From an uncultured delta proteobacterium (GTDB lineage Bacteria > Myxococcota > Kuafuiibacteriia > Kuafuiibacteriales > Kuafuiibacteriaceae): 64,000 bases of DNA. The stretch covers positions 1,408,001 to 1,472,000 of the forward strand of contig CAWDML010000001.1 in assembly GCA_963803435.1 (NCBI GenBank), in the 5' to 3' direction. Shown in pieces: positions 37,788 to 47,812 of the stretch; position 1 is the stretch's first letter, and each line of letters starts with the position of its first letter. Both the position numbers and the translations under genes were made by a program. Below the pieces are notes generated by a model, which saw only the letters and a program-made list of their open reading frames with translations, searched no databases and was not told the origin of the DNA.

Positions 37788-40347
37788 TCAGACATCGGCC
37801 CAGCGGATCACCTCGAGCTCGGCGGGAATGAGAACATCGTGGTGCCTGGGGATGACGCGCACGGTATAGCCGTACCGACCGCTGGTTTTGAAAGGAACGC
37901 GACAGGTGTACGAGTGCACGCCCTCCGCAAAGCCGACGTGGTCCATCGAGACCGTTGCGGCGTCGTGGATCTCGTCCCGGGCGTCGAGGGCCCCGTGATA
38001 GAGCTGGACGTCGATGTCGTCGGGTGAAAGCTCGCCCAAGCGCAATCGCGCATTGATCACGAAGGGCTGACCGATCCGGGCCTCCGAGCTCGAGGCGCTG
38101 ATGTCGAGCACACGCAGCTGATTCCAGCAGCCCTGCACTTTCTTCTTCCAATTGACGAGCTCCTCGGCGGTCGCGAGATCACCGCCCAGGCGGGCCCGGA
38201 TGCGGCGCGCGGTGGGTAGATAGAAGCGATCCACGTACTCGACCACCATGCGGTCCGTCGAGTAACGCGCCGTCAGCGTCTTCATCGACGCCTTCATCAT
38301 CCCGACCCACTCGTGCGAGACCCCTCGGCTGTCCCGCGCGTAGAAGACCGGGACGATCTGCGTCTCGAGCAGATCGTAGAGCGCGTTGGCCTCCACGGGG
38401 TCTCGTCCCGACTCCCAATCCTCGCCGTTGCCGATCGCCCAGCCCCGGCCCGGCCGATAGCCTTCGGCCCACCAGCCGTCGAGGATCGAGCAGTTGAGCC
38501 CGCCGTTCGGGACCACCTTCATCCCCGAGGTTCCGCTGGCCTCCTTGGGCCGCTGGGGGTTGTTGAGCCAGACGTCGACGCCGCGCACCAAGTGCTTGGC
38601 CACCGGGATCTCGTAGTCCTCGAGGAAGAGGATCGAGCGCGCGAACGTCTCGTCCTTCACCTTGGAGGCGATCTGCTTGATGAAGTCCTTCGCCGGCGCG
38701 TCCGCGGGGTGAGCCTTACCGGAGAAGATGAACTGCACCGGACGATCGGGGTTGGAGATCAGGCGCGCCAGCCGATCGGGATCCGAGAAGAGCAGCGTGG
38801 CGCGCTTGTACGTGGCGAAGCGCCGCGCGAAGCCGATGGTCAGCGCGTCCGGGTTGAGCGCGCGCTGGACGTCCTGGAGCTCGCGCTCCGGCGCGCCGCG
38901 ACGGAGGAGCTGCCACTGGAGGCGCTTCCGCACGTAGGTGACCAGCTGCTGGCGCATGTCGACGTGCGCGCGCCAGAGCTCCTCGTCGGGGATCTGATCG
39001 ATCATCTCCCAGGTCTTCTCGTTCGCGACCTCGTCGCGCCAGTTGGGGCCGAGATAGCGATCGAAGAGCTTCGCCATCTCCGGCGTGATCCACGTGCGCG
39101 TGTGGATCCCGTTGGTGACATGGTCGATCGGGACCTCGTCGAGCGGCCAATCGGTCCAGGCGCCGCCGTCCTGGACCAACCTGCGGCTCACCACGCCGTG
39201 CAGCTGGCTCACTCCGTTCCGCTGGACGGCGTGGCGGATCGCGAGGACGGCCATGTTGAGGGGCTCGCTCTCGTCGTTCGGGTTGCGCCGTCCCAGGCCC
39301 ATGAATTTGTCGACCGGCATGCCGAGCTTCCGGATGTACGCGCTCATGTGACGCTCGACGAGATCGCGCCCGAAGACGTCGAAGCCCGCGGGAACCGGAG
39401 TGTGCGTGGTGAAGATGCAGCCGTCGTCGACGATGTCGCGAGCGAGCTCGTAGCTCATCCCGCGCTCCGCCATCAAGAAGCGCACGCGCTCCACCGCGAG
39501 GAACCCGGCGTGTCCCTCGTTCATGTGGCAGACCACCGGTTCGCGCTTCATCGCCACCAGGGCCCGGAAGCCGCCGATGCCGAGCATCATCAGCTGCTGG
39601 ATCCGGAGCTCCACGCCGCCGCTGTAGAGCGCGCGCGTGATCGTCGCGATCCTGCTCGCTGTTCTCGACGACGTTGTGTCGAGCAGGAACAGCGGCACGC
39701 GGCCGACGTCGATCCGCCACACCTGCGCGTGCACGTCGCGGCCCGGGAACTCGACCGAGACGCGGACAGTGCTGCCGTCGGGGTGGCGCGCGCAGCGAGA
39801 TGGGCATGTTGTAGAAGTCGTTGGGCGGATACGTCTCCATCTGCCAGCCGTCCGCGTTGAGGTACTGGCGGAAGTAGCCCTCCTGGTAGAGGAGCCCGAT
39901 GCCCGCCAGCGGTACGCCCAGATCGCTGGCGCTCTTCAGGTGATCGCCGGCGAGAATGCCGAGACCGCCCGAGTAGATGGGGAGGCAGCCGGTGAGGCCG
40001 AACTCCGCGGAGAAGTAGGCGACGGTGATGTCCGCGTCTTCGACGCGCTCGGTCTGGAACCAGCGCGGCTCGACCTGATAGCGCGCCAGGAGCTCGCGCG
40101 CGCGGCCGAGGTGGGCCAGGAATCCGATGTCGGTGGCCAGCGTCTCGAGGCGGCGCTGATCCACCTGCCCGAGGAGCGCCACCGGGTTGTGGCCTGAGCG
40201 CTCCCAGAGATCCGGATCCACGCGGTGGAACAGCGAGGCGATCTCGGGCATCCAGTCCCAATAGATGTTGTAGGCCAGCCTCTCGAGCGCCTTGAGCGGT
40301 TCCGGGAGCACCGGCGTGACCTGGACCGTGCGCAGCTTGGGTCTCAT
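37788..40347 (-). CDS. glgP: Alpha-glucan (glycogen) phosphorylase, with indels around 39645-39795
   Basis: VAYFSAEFG, YSGGLGILAGDHLKSASDLG, CHMNEGHAG, IGFARRFATYKRA, EASGTSGMKV..NGGLN.SILDGWW. Confidence 0.93.
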
Positions 40348-40408
40348 CGCCGGCGGGAACATTCACGACGGCGGTCTGCGGGTCAACCCCCGCCTCGAAC
40401 GCGCCCGG

Positions 40409-40808
40409 TCAGCACCCGTCGCCGCAGTGCAGCTCGTAGTCGTGGCACGAGCCCTCGTGGCCTTCCTCGCAGGAGCCGTGCAGCATCTGGCACCGATCCG
40501 CGCCGAAGCACTCCGGCGGAGTCTCCTCGCCGCCGCCCTCGGGCGCGCAATCGCCGTCGCAGTGGATCGCGTGGGCGTCGCACGAGTCGGCGTGGCCCTC
40601 CTCGCAGGAACCGTGCAGCATCTGGCAGCGATCGGCGCCGTAGCACTCCGGCGGAGTCTCCTCGCCGCCGCCCTCGGCCGCGCAATCGCCGTCGCAGTGG
40701 GCCGCGAACGCTTCACACGACTCGGCGTGCCCCTCCTCGCAGGATCCGTGCAGCATCTGGCAGCGATCGGCGCCGAAGCACTCGGGCGGGGTCTCCTCGC
40801 CGCCGCCG
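40409..40808 (-). repeat. Three tandem 135-bp coding repeats
   Basis: GTCTCCTCGCCGCCGCC recurs at 40521, 40656 and 40791 (period 135). Confidence 0.92.
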
Positions 40809-41098
40809 TTCATCTCGCCGGGGTGGTCGCCGCCCTCTTCACCGTCGCCGACCTGCCCGTCGTGGTGGTCGTCCTCCAGCGGATTCGATCCCTCGTCGAC
40901 CTCTTGTCCGTCTCCGACGCCGTCGTGATCGGAGTCGGCGTCGTTGGGATCGGTCCCGATCGCGCGCTCCTGAGCGTCCGTCAGCCCATCCTGATCCGAG
41001 TCCAGGTCCTTTGCCACGGCCAGATCCGACGGTTCGCACGCCACGGCCGCGACGCCGAACGAGAAGAGACCAACCAACAAGAGCATCCGCTTCGACAT
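40409..41098 (-). CDS. Lipoprotein with TSP3-like Ca-binding repeats and three Cys/His-rich 45-aa repeats
   Basis: Lipobox AAVAC; DSDQDGLTD/DSDHDGVGD; GGGEETPPEC..ADRCQMLHGSCEEGH..SC.....HC x3; GGAGG RBS. Confidence 0.8.
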   Translation of the reverse strand: MSKRMLLLVGLFSFGVAAVACEPSDLAVAKDLDSDQDGLTDAQERAIGTDPNDADSDHDGVGDGQEVDEGSNPLEDDHHDGQVGDGEEGGDHPGEMNGGGEETPPECFGADRCQMLHGSCEEGHAESCEAFAAHCDGDCAAEGGGEETPPECYGADRCQMLHGSCEEGHADSCDAHAIHCDGDCAPEGGGEETPPECFGADRCQMLHGSCEEGHEGSCHDYELHCGDGC

Positions 41099-41147
41099 GT
41101 CTGTCCTCCGGATGGTGTTGGTCGAAGACGCCGGCGTTTAAAAAACT

Positions 41148-42173
41148 TCAGTACCGGATCGCGACCGCGTCGACGAAGATCGTAGCGGCATCCCCCCAGG
41201 CGGCGGCCCGGATGCCGAACCCATCGATCGCGTCGCCGAACGGTGAGGCCGAGTAGAAGTCCACCGGCACCTCGAGCCGCTGCCAGGCGTCACCGCCGGA
41301 GAGCGCGAAGTAGCTGTACAAAGGATCGGGCTCGCCCGCGCCGCCGCGCAGGCTCACCTGCACGAACCCGATCCCGTGCGCGGGCGCGACGCGGACGAAC
41401 AGCTCGAGATAGGCGTCCGACCAGTCGGCGCTCAGTCCCTCCGGGATCGCCGCGCCCAGGTTCGAGACCGAGGCGGCGGTCACGGCCTGCGACTCGAACC
41501 ATAGGGCATCGGTCCCGCGGTAGGCCTGGGCGGCCGTCGCCGGATCGCGGAAGCCCTCCAGACCAACCTCCACGCCCAGCTCCTCGTCGAACAGACTCAA
41601 CGACTCGCCGAGCTCGTGGAGCGTGGTGCCGGATCCCTGCGCGATCGCGAGCTCGTCGCCGCCCTCGCGCACGCCGTACAGCTTCGCGTGGTACGTGGTC
41701 GCCGGCATGAGATCGAGCGCGCGCGTCCGCTCGACCACGCCCGGTCCGAGCGGCGACGTTCGATACGCGAGGTTGGGATCGTCGCTCTGATCCCAAGGCT
41801 CGGCCGCATCCACCTGATCCGCGCCGGTCGCCCATCGCAGCCGGTACGCGACCACGCCCGCCGGCACGCGCTCCCGGCTCCAGCGCCAGGTGATCTGGTG
41901 GGCCGTCACCTCGATCGCCTCGAGCACCTCGAGCTCGGTCCCGCCGTCCTCGTGCGGCGCATCGGCGACGCCCGTGTCCGGATCCTCTCGCCCTTCGGCG
42001 CCTGTGTCCTGCCCGCCGCCGGCGGCGTCGGCCTTCAGCGCTGCGTCCTCGAGCGCGCCCGTGTCCGGGTGACAGTCCGGGTAGCACTCGGTGAGCTCCC
42101 GATCGTTCGTCCACCGGCACGCCGCCGCCAGCGCCAGGGTGCTCAGCGCGAGGATGCGCGGGCTTGCCGCCAC
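41148..42173 (-). CDS. Lipoprotein with FN3-like and C-terminal CBM-like beta domains
   Basis: GTG start MAASPRILALSTLALAAAC; ITWRW...YRLRW...LMPATTYHAKL FN3-like pattern; WQRLEVP. Confidence 0.6.
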   Translation of the reverse strand: MAASPRILALSTLALAAACRWTNDRELTECYPDCHPDTGALEDAALKADAAGGGQDTGAEGREDPDTGVADAPHEDGGTELEVLEAIEVTAHQITWRWSRERVPAGVVAYRLRWATGADQVDAAEPWDQSDDPNLAYRTSPLGPGVVERTRALDLMPATTYHAKLYGVREGGDELAIAQGSGTTLHELGESLSLFDEELGVEVGLEGFRDPATAAQAYRGTDALWFESQAVTAASVSNLGAAIPEGLSADWSDAYLELFVRVAPAHGIGFVQVSLRGGAGEPDPLYSYFALSGGDAWQRLEVPVDFYSASPFGDAIDGFGIRAAAWGDAATIFVDAVAIRY

Positions 42174-43868
42174 TTCTCCACCTCCTCTGCGTGCGCGCCG
42201 CCGGGGTGATGCGCGAGATAGTCGGAGATGGCTTCGTCGGCGCCGTCGAGCTTGCCGCGCAGCAGGCACTCGATGAGGTGGTACTGCGCCGTCTCCGCGC
42301 GCTCCGACGCCCCCGCGCGAGAGAGATACTCGCGGTACGCCGGCACCGCCTCGGCCCAGCGACCTTCGATGCGCGCGATCGTGGCCAGGAGAAGGAGCGC
42401 CTGGCTCGCCCGCAGGCCCTTGGGATGATCGTGCCCGTAGCGCTCGAGGCACTCGCGCGCCTCGGTCAGCCGGCTCGCCGAGACCAGGAGCTCGCAGCGG
42501 CGGATCGCGGCCGCCTCCGAGAAGCGTCCCTGGGGATGGCGAGACAGGTAGAGGTCGGTCCGAGAGAGCGCCTGCTCGCGGTGCCCGAGGTCGAGCTCCA
42601 GGTTGCCGGCCTCGAACAGCGCGGCCTCGGCGCTCTGCGTCTCTGGATAGCGATCGAGGATCCGGAGATAGCGGGACAGCGCCGCCGCCTTGGCGCCGCG
42701 CCGCAACCGGCACTCGGCGCCGAGCGTCTCCGCGCGTGCCTGCGCCTGCACATCGCTCTCACGAACGATCTGCTTCACCACCCGGTCGAGCCGATCGCAC
42801 TGGCGCGAGCGGAGGAGCGTGCGCGCCGTCCGCCAGCGATCCGACTGCTTCGGGCGGCGCGCCGGTGGAGGCTCGTCCGAGCGCGCCACCGCCGGCGCCG
42901 CCAGCCGCTCGGTCAGGCGCACCACCCGACCCGGCCGGATGGGGATCGATCCGGTCCACGACGTGTGACCCTCGAGCGCCAAGGCCACCACCGGCTTGCC
43001 CGATCGCCAGCGAACCAGCAGCGGGGCACGCCCGATCGAGACGCCGTCGAGCGACACCTCGGCGCCGGGCGGATCCGTCTCGACGAACAGATACCCCTTC
43101 CCGTCCGCGCTCGGCGCCGGCTTGTCGCCGCTGTGCCACCAGGGCGCCTCGAACGACTCGAGCGAGCGCGTCGGCGCCACCGTGTCGTCGATCGCCAGCG
43201 ATCCGCCGCCGGTGACCATCCGGGGCGCTTCGCCCGCGCGCTGCACCTCCACGCGCCCCTCCGCCACGTCGACGCGTGCGAGCCGGCCGGCCTTCACGTG
43301 CACGTCGAACTTGGTCCCGTGCACCACCACGCGATCCGATCCGACCTGCACCACGAAGGGCGAGCGCGGGCCGTGGGGCGCCACCGAGAACGAGGCGCGC
43401 CCTTTCTTCACCCGCATGCTGCCGTCGGAGGCGCGCGCCACCATGGCCGGTCCGAACACCGCCACCTTGGCCTCGCCCGCCAAATCCAGAATCGACGCGG
43501 GCCCCGCCCTCCAGGTCGAGCTCCGCCGCCCCCGCGATCTCGGTGGCCTCATCGCCGAGCTCGGCCGCCGCGCCCTCCAGGCGCACGCCCGCACTCCGAA
43601 ACACCACCTCGGCGATGCGCGCCGGGGCCTCTTCGGTCGCGGCCGGCCACCGGAGGAAGGCCACCACCGCGAGCGCCGCCGCCGCCAGCCCGCCGAGCCC
43701 GAGCAGGAGCGCAGGCCGGAGCGTGCGGGCAGGCTGCGGGCGGGCGGCGACGATCCGCCGGTACACCGCGCGCGCTCGGAGCTCCGAGAGGCCGCCGCCG
43801 GTGTTCTCCTGCGCGGTCCGCACCGCGGCCTCGAGGAGAGCCTCGCTCTTGGCGTCGGGCTCGCTCAT
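42143..43868 (-). CDS. FecR-domain anti-sigma factor with PEGA and TPR domains (apparent 1-nt insertion at 43489-43493)
   Basis: Single TM; FVVQVG..RVVVHGTKFDV...VDVAEGRVEV (FecR); ETDPPGAEVSLDGVSIGRAP (PEGA); YLSRHPQG/YLAHHPGG TPRs. Confidence 0.8.
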
Positions 43869-44458
43869 CCGATCTGCTCCGCGAGCCCGAGCTGCTCGAC
43901 CATCCCGAGCTGCGTCGCTCGGTTGAACTGCTTGAGGATCGCCTGGCGCGCGCTCAACACGCGGGCGCGCACCGTCTGCGGCGACGCGTCGAGCATCAAC
44001 CCGATCTCGGTGAAGCCGAGGCCGTCGAGGACATGTAGCGAGAACGCGATGCGCTTCTTGGCGGGGAGCTTGTCCATCGCCCGATAGAGCAGCGCCACCA
44101 GCTGCTTGTTGATCGCCTGCTCCTCCGAGGAGATGACCGACGGATCGATCGGATCGCGCTCCTCGCCGAGGTGGAGCCAGGCGCGGCGGCGCGCGCGGCG
44201 AAGGTGGCTGGCGACCTGTCGGAACGCGATGCCGGACAACCAGGGCGCGAAGGGCCGCTCGGGCTGATAGCGCGACAAGCTCCGATACGCCTCCACGAAG
44301 GTCACCTGCAGTACGTCTTCCACGTCCGGGAGATGTCCGAGCACACGGAGCAATCTCCGCGACAGCAGCGGCTGGTGACGGTGATAGAGCTCCGCAAACG
44401 CCGATTCGTCGCCGCGGAGCACCCGCGCCACCAGCATCTGGTCCGTCGCGGCCTCCAT
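43865..44458 (-). CDS. ECF sigma-70 factor
   Basis: GDESAFAELYHRH, VEDVLQVTFVEAYRSL, FAPWL.GIA, LPAKKRIAF.L...GLGFTEIG.ML...TVRARV. Confidence 0.9.
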   Translation of the reverse strand: MEAATDQMLVARVLRGDESAFAELYHRHQPLLSRRLLRVLGHLPDVEDVLQVTFVEAYRSLSRYQPERPFAPWLSGIAFRQVASHLRRARRRAWLHLGEERDPIDPSVISSEEQAINKQLVALLYRAMDKLPAKKRIAFSLHVLDGLGFTEIGLMLDASPQTVRARVLSARQAILKQFNRATQLGMVEQLGLAEQIG

Positions 44459-44504
44459 TCTGCCTACGGCTCTCGAATAGGCCGCCGCTCCCAAGACGAG
44501 GCTC

Positions 44505-45545
44505 TCAATCGCTGACTTGGTCCGCGGCGCGCCTTTTTGAAAAACTTTCTCCGAAAGCGATCTCCGGGCCGACCAGGAGCTCGAGGTGCGACTGGGTGAG
44601 GAGGGGCTCGCCCTCCACCAGGAACCGGTTCGGCTGCGGCCAGACCCACATCCGGGCCAGGAGGCGCAGCTCGAGCACATCGGTCGTCCATAGGGCCACG
44701 CTGGAGAAGAGGCCGAAGCCGCCGTTCCAGAAGAACTGTAGCCCATCGGGCACCGCGGGCGGGAGCGCCGCGCCGCCCGCCCCGCTCGGCCGCGCGATCG
44801 AGAGCCGCGCCTGCGCCGACAGGCCGAGCGCGACGATCGAGACCGTCACGCCGGCCCGCAGCCCCGCCTCGATCTCCCACACGTGGAGCCGGACGCCTTC
44901 CTCCCCCGACGGTGGGACCCAGTGGAGGCCCGCGTCGGCGCCCGCGAAGAACCAGCCAGCCGAGAGCGCGCCGCCCAGCCCGAAGAACGGAGAGACGCGC
45001 TTCTCCTGCACGCCGAACAGCGGGCCCACCTCGAGGGCGAAGCTCGGTGAAGGCGCGATCGGTACCTCGACGCGCCGGAGCTCGACCCTCGGCTCGGGAC
45101 AGATCGCCTCTTTGCAGGTCGGCGGCGCCTTCGCCTCCAGGGTGGCGACCAGGTCGTCGCCGGACGGCTCGAGGAGCCCCATCGCCGCGAGCAGCTTGTC
45201 CATCGACGGCCGCACCGCCTCGGCGGCGGTGATGGAGATGAACTGGACCACCTCCTCGGGCGTCATGCCGTCGATCGTCACGGTGCGTCGCGCCGCCACC
45301 TCCGGCCCGGTGAGATCGAGCGCGACCGTCACCGGGTTCATCCGTTCGAGCCGGAGCACCCAGGTGGAGGGCTGGCCGGCGCAGTCGCTCTTCACCGCCA
45401 CCTGCTTGGTGGCGATGCGCGCGCGGAGGGCCGCCACCAGGCTGGCCTCGTCGACCTCGGCGCCCGCACCGACGAGGACGCAGAGGCTCGGGCGGGGGCT
45501 GGCATCCGCCATGATCAGCAGTCCGGCGGCGAGGAGCGGCAGCAA
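44505..45545 (-). CDS. Hypothetical exported protein with C-terminal beta-barrel-like region
   Basis: Signal-like N-terminus; alternating-residue beta strands in C-terminal half; first gene of the ECF cluster. Confidence 0.6.
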   Translation of the reverse strand: MLPLLAAGLLIMADASPRPSLCVLVGAGAEVDEASLVAALRARIATKQVAVKSDCAGQPSTWVLRLERMNPVTVALDLTGPEVAARRTVTIDGMTPEEVVQFISITAAEAVRPSMDKLLAAMGLLEPSGDDLVATLEAKAPPTCKEAICPEPRVELRRVEVPIAPSPSFALEVGPLFGVQEKRVSPFFGLGGALSAGWFFAGADAGLHWVPPSGEEGVRLHVWEIEAGLRAGVTVSIVALGLSAQARLSIARPSGAGGAALPPAVPDGLQFFWNGGFGLFSSVALWTTDVLELRLLARMWVWPQPNRFLVEGEPLLTQSHLELLVGPEIAFGESFSKRRAADQVSD

Positions 45546-45550
45546 GACGA

Positions 45551-45587
45551 GCGGGAGACTAGCACGGCCCGTGTGCTAGTCTCCCGC
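45551..45587. promoter_or_regulatory. Perfect 15-bp inverted repeat forming back-to-back extended -10 elements
   Basis: GCGGGAGACTAGCAC-N7-GTGCTAGTCTCCCGC; TGcTAGTCT sits 9-10 nt before both divergent starts. Confidence 0.65.
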
Positions 45588-45591
45588 GGCC

Positions 45592-47766
45592 GTGAACGAC
45601 GACGCGATCGACGCGCTCGCGAAGCAGATCCGCTACCACCGCGACCGCTACTACAACGATCAGCCGGAGATCTCCGACGCCGAGTTCGACGCGCTCGAGG
45701 ATCGCCTGCGCGCGCTGGCGCCGGACCATCCGGTGCTGGCCGAGGTGGGGGCGGCGCCCCGGGAGGAGGAGACGCTCGACGAGGAGGCCGCCCGCCGGGA
45801 GGCGCAGGCGCTGGCAGAGAAGACCAGCGCCGGCAAGCTGGCCGAGATGCTGCTCGCGGAGAGCGAGCGCTTCTACGACGGCAAATCCAGCGATCCCGCC
45901 CACTACAAGGGCCTGTGGCTGGCGCTCGCCAAGGAGGCCCCCGAGCACCCGGCGCTCGAGACCGCGGTGCCGCCCCGGGGCATGGACTGGAAGAAGGCGC
46001 GCCACGAGATCCCGATGGGCTCGCTCAATAAGGTCAACTCCGAGGATGAGCTGGCCGAGTGGGCGAAGCGCTGCGACGAGCTGGCGGCGAAGGCCGAGCT
46101 GGCGCCGATCTCCTCGCATCTGGCCATGACCGAGAAGCTCGACGGCATCTCGATCGAGGTCCTCTATCAGGACGGCGTCTTCGAGAATGCGATCACCCGC
46201 GGCGACGGTCTAGTCGGCGAGCGACTCGGCCCCAACGTGCGACGGATGCGCGGCGTGCCCGAGAAGATCGGGCTGCCGGGCCGCGTCTCGGTGCGCGGCG
46301 AGATCATCCTCAGGAAGTCGGACGCCAAGAGGTTCATCGAGTTCAAGAAGAAGGTCGACAAGCGCTTCGTCGAGCTGAAGAGCCTGCGGAACACCGCGGC
46401 GGGGATCGCGCGCACGAAGGAGCCCAAGCTGCTGCCGGGCTGCCGCTTCCTCTCCATCCTCTTTTACGACCTCGAGGGTGTGACCGGCCTGAAGACGGAG
46501 CAGGAGAAGCTGGCGCTGGTGGACCGGCTCGGGTTCGCCGTGCCCTCGGTCTACTTCGGCGATCTGGCGAAGATCCAGAGCACCTACGACGGCTACGACA
46601 CCATGCGGAAGAAGCTCGACTACGACATCGACGGCCTGGTGGTCCGCGCCGACGACATCCACGTGGCAGTGATGCTCGGCGAGCTCAACAACCGCCCGCG
46701 CGCTGCGGTCGCGTTCAAGTTCGGCAACGAGATGCAAGTGACCTTGCTCAAGGGCATCGTCTGGAGCACCGGCGACAGCGGCCGCATCACTCCCATCGCG
46801 CAGATCGAACCGGTGTTCCTGGCGGGCGCCGAGGTCCGGCAAGCCAGCTTGCACAACCTCGCGAACCTGCGAAAGCTCGACATCGGCGTGGGCGATCAGG
46901 TGCTGGTGTCCCGCCGCAACGACGTCATCCCGTACGTGGAGAAGGTGGTGGTGAAGGGGCCGCGCGTCGAGGAGGCGCCGGATCGTTGCTCGGTGTGCGG
47001 CGCCCCCCCGTCGGTGGAGGGCGAGTATCTGATCTGCCGCAACCCGGGCTGCCCGGCCGTCCAGATCGGGCGGGTGAAGACCTGGATCAAGCAGCTGGGC
47101 CTGCTCGAGTGGGGCGACAAGACCTTCGTCCGCCTCTTCGAGGAGGGCCTGGTCAGAGAGGTGGCCGATCTCTATCGGCTGAAGATCGAGGACATCGCCG
47201 GCCTCGAGGGCTACGGCGAGGTGAGCGCCAAGAAGCTCCTGGACCCGGTGCTGGCCAACAAGAAGATTCCGCTGGCGACCTTCATCGCCGCGCTCGGTAT
47301 CGAGTCGGTCTCACGCGAGACGGCCAAGCTGCTGGTCAAGGCCGGCTACACGTCGTTCGAGGCCATCGCGAACGCGACGGTGGAGGCGCTGTCGGAGATC
47401 GAGGGGCTGGGGGAGATCAAGGCCGAGCGGATCATCAGCGGGATGAAGGGCCGCCTCGCCGAGACCGAGACGCTGGCGAAGCTGGGCGTGGTCCCGGAGA
47501 CCGTGGAGGAGAGCGGCCCGCTGGCCGGGCTGTCGTTCTGCTTCAGCGGCAGCCACTCGCGGCCGCGCAAGTTGCTGCAGCAGATCGTGGAGAAGAACGG
47601 CGGGACGGTGGCGGCGGGCGTCACGAAGGGTCTCAACTACCTGGTACTGGCTGACCCCAGCTCCACGTCCTCGAAGACGCAGAAGGCCAAGAAGCTGGGG
47701 ACCGAGATCATCGGGGAGCCGCGCTTCGACGCCATCGTGAAGGAGAGAGGCGGATCGCTCGACTGA
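45592..47766 (+). CDS. ligA: NAD-dependent DNA ligase
   Basis: YY...PEISDAEFD, EKLDGISI, TRGDGLVGE, VRGEI, RNTAAG, DIDGLVV, CSVC...CRNPGC, BRCT C-terminus. Confidence 0.96.
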   Translation: MNDDAIDALAKQIRYHRDRYYNDQPEISDAEFDALEDRLRALAPDHPVLAEVGAAPREEETLDEEAARREAQALAEKTSAGKLAEMLLAESERFYDGKSSDPAHYKGLWLALAKEAPEHPALETAVPPRGMDWKKARHEIPMGSLNKVNSEDELAEWAKRCDELAAKAELAPISSHLAMTEKLDGISIEVLYQDGVFENAITRGDGLVGERLGPNVRRMRGVPEKIGLPGRVSVRGEIILRKSDAKRFIEFKKKVDKRFVELKSLRNTAAGIARTKEPKLLPGCRFLSILFYDLEGVTGLKTEQEKLALVDRLGFAVPSVYFGDLAKIQSTYDGYDTMRKKLDYDIDGLVVRADDIHVAVMLGELNNRPRAAVAFKFGNEMQVTLLKGIVWSTGDSGRITPIAQIEPVFLAGAEVRQASLHNLANLRKLDIGVGDQVLVSRRNDVIPYVEKVVVKGPRVEEAPDRCSVCGAPPSVEGEYLICRNPGCPAVQIGRVKTWIKQLGLLEWGDKTFVRLFEEGLVREVADLYRLKIEDIAGLEGYGEVSAKKLLDPVLANKKIPLATFIAALGIESVSRETAKLLVKAGYTSFEAIANATVEALSEIEGLGEIKAERIISGMKGRLAETETLAKLGVVPETVEESGPLAGLSFCFSGSHSRPRKLLQQIVEKNGGTVAAGVTKGLNYLVLADPSSTSSKTQKAKKLGTEIIGEPRFDAIVKERGGSLD

Positions 47767-47812
47767 CGCAACAACCAGGGTGTTTCTCCGACAATCAACC
47801 CGGAGGCCCGAA

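Noticed and set aside
39640-39800. glgP as a pseudogene
   Set aside because: A tight cluster of indels in an otherwise fully conserved gene, in an assembly with other indel errors; cannot be called without reads.
40409-40808. CRISPR-like array
   Set aside because: Units are contiguous in-frame coding repeats without unique spacers; no cas genes.
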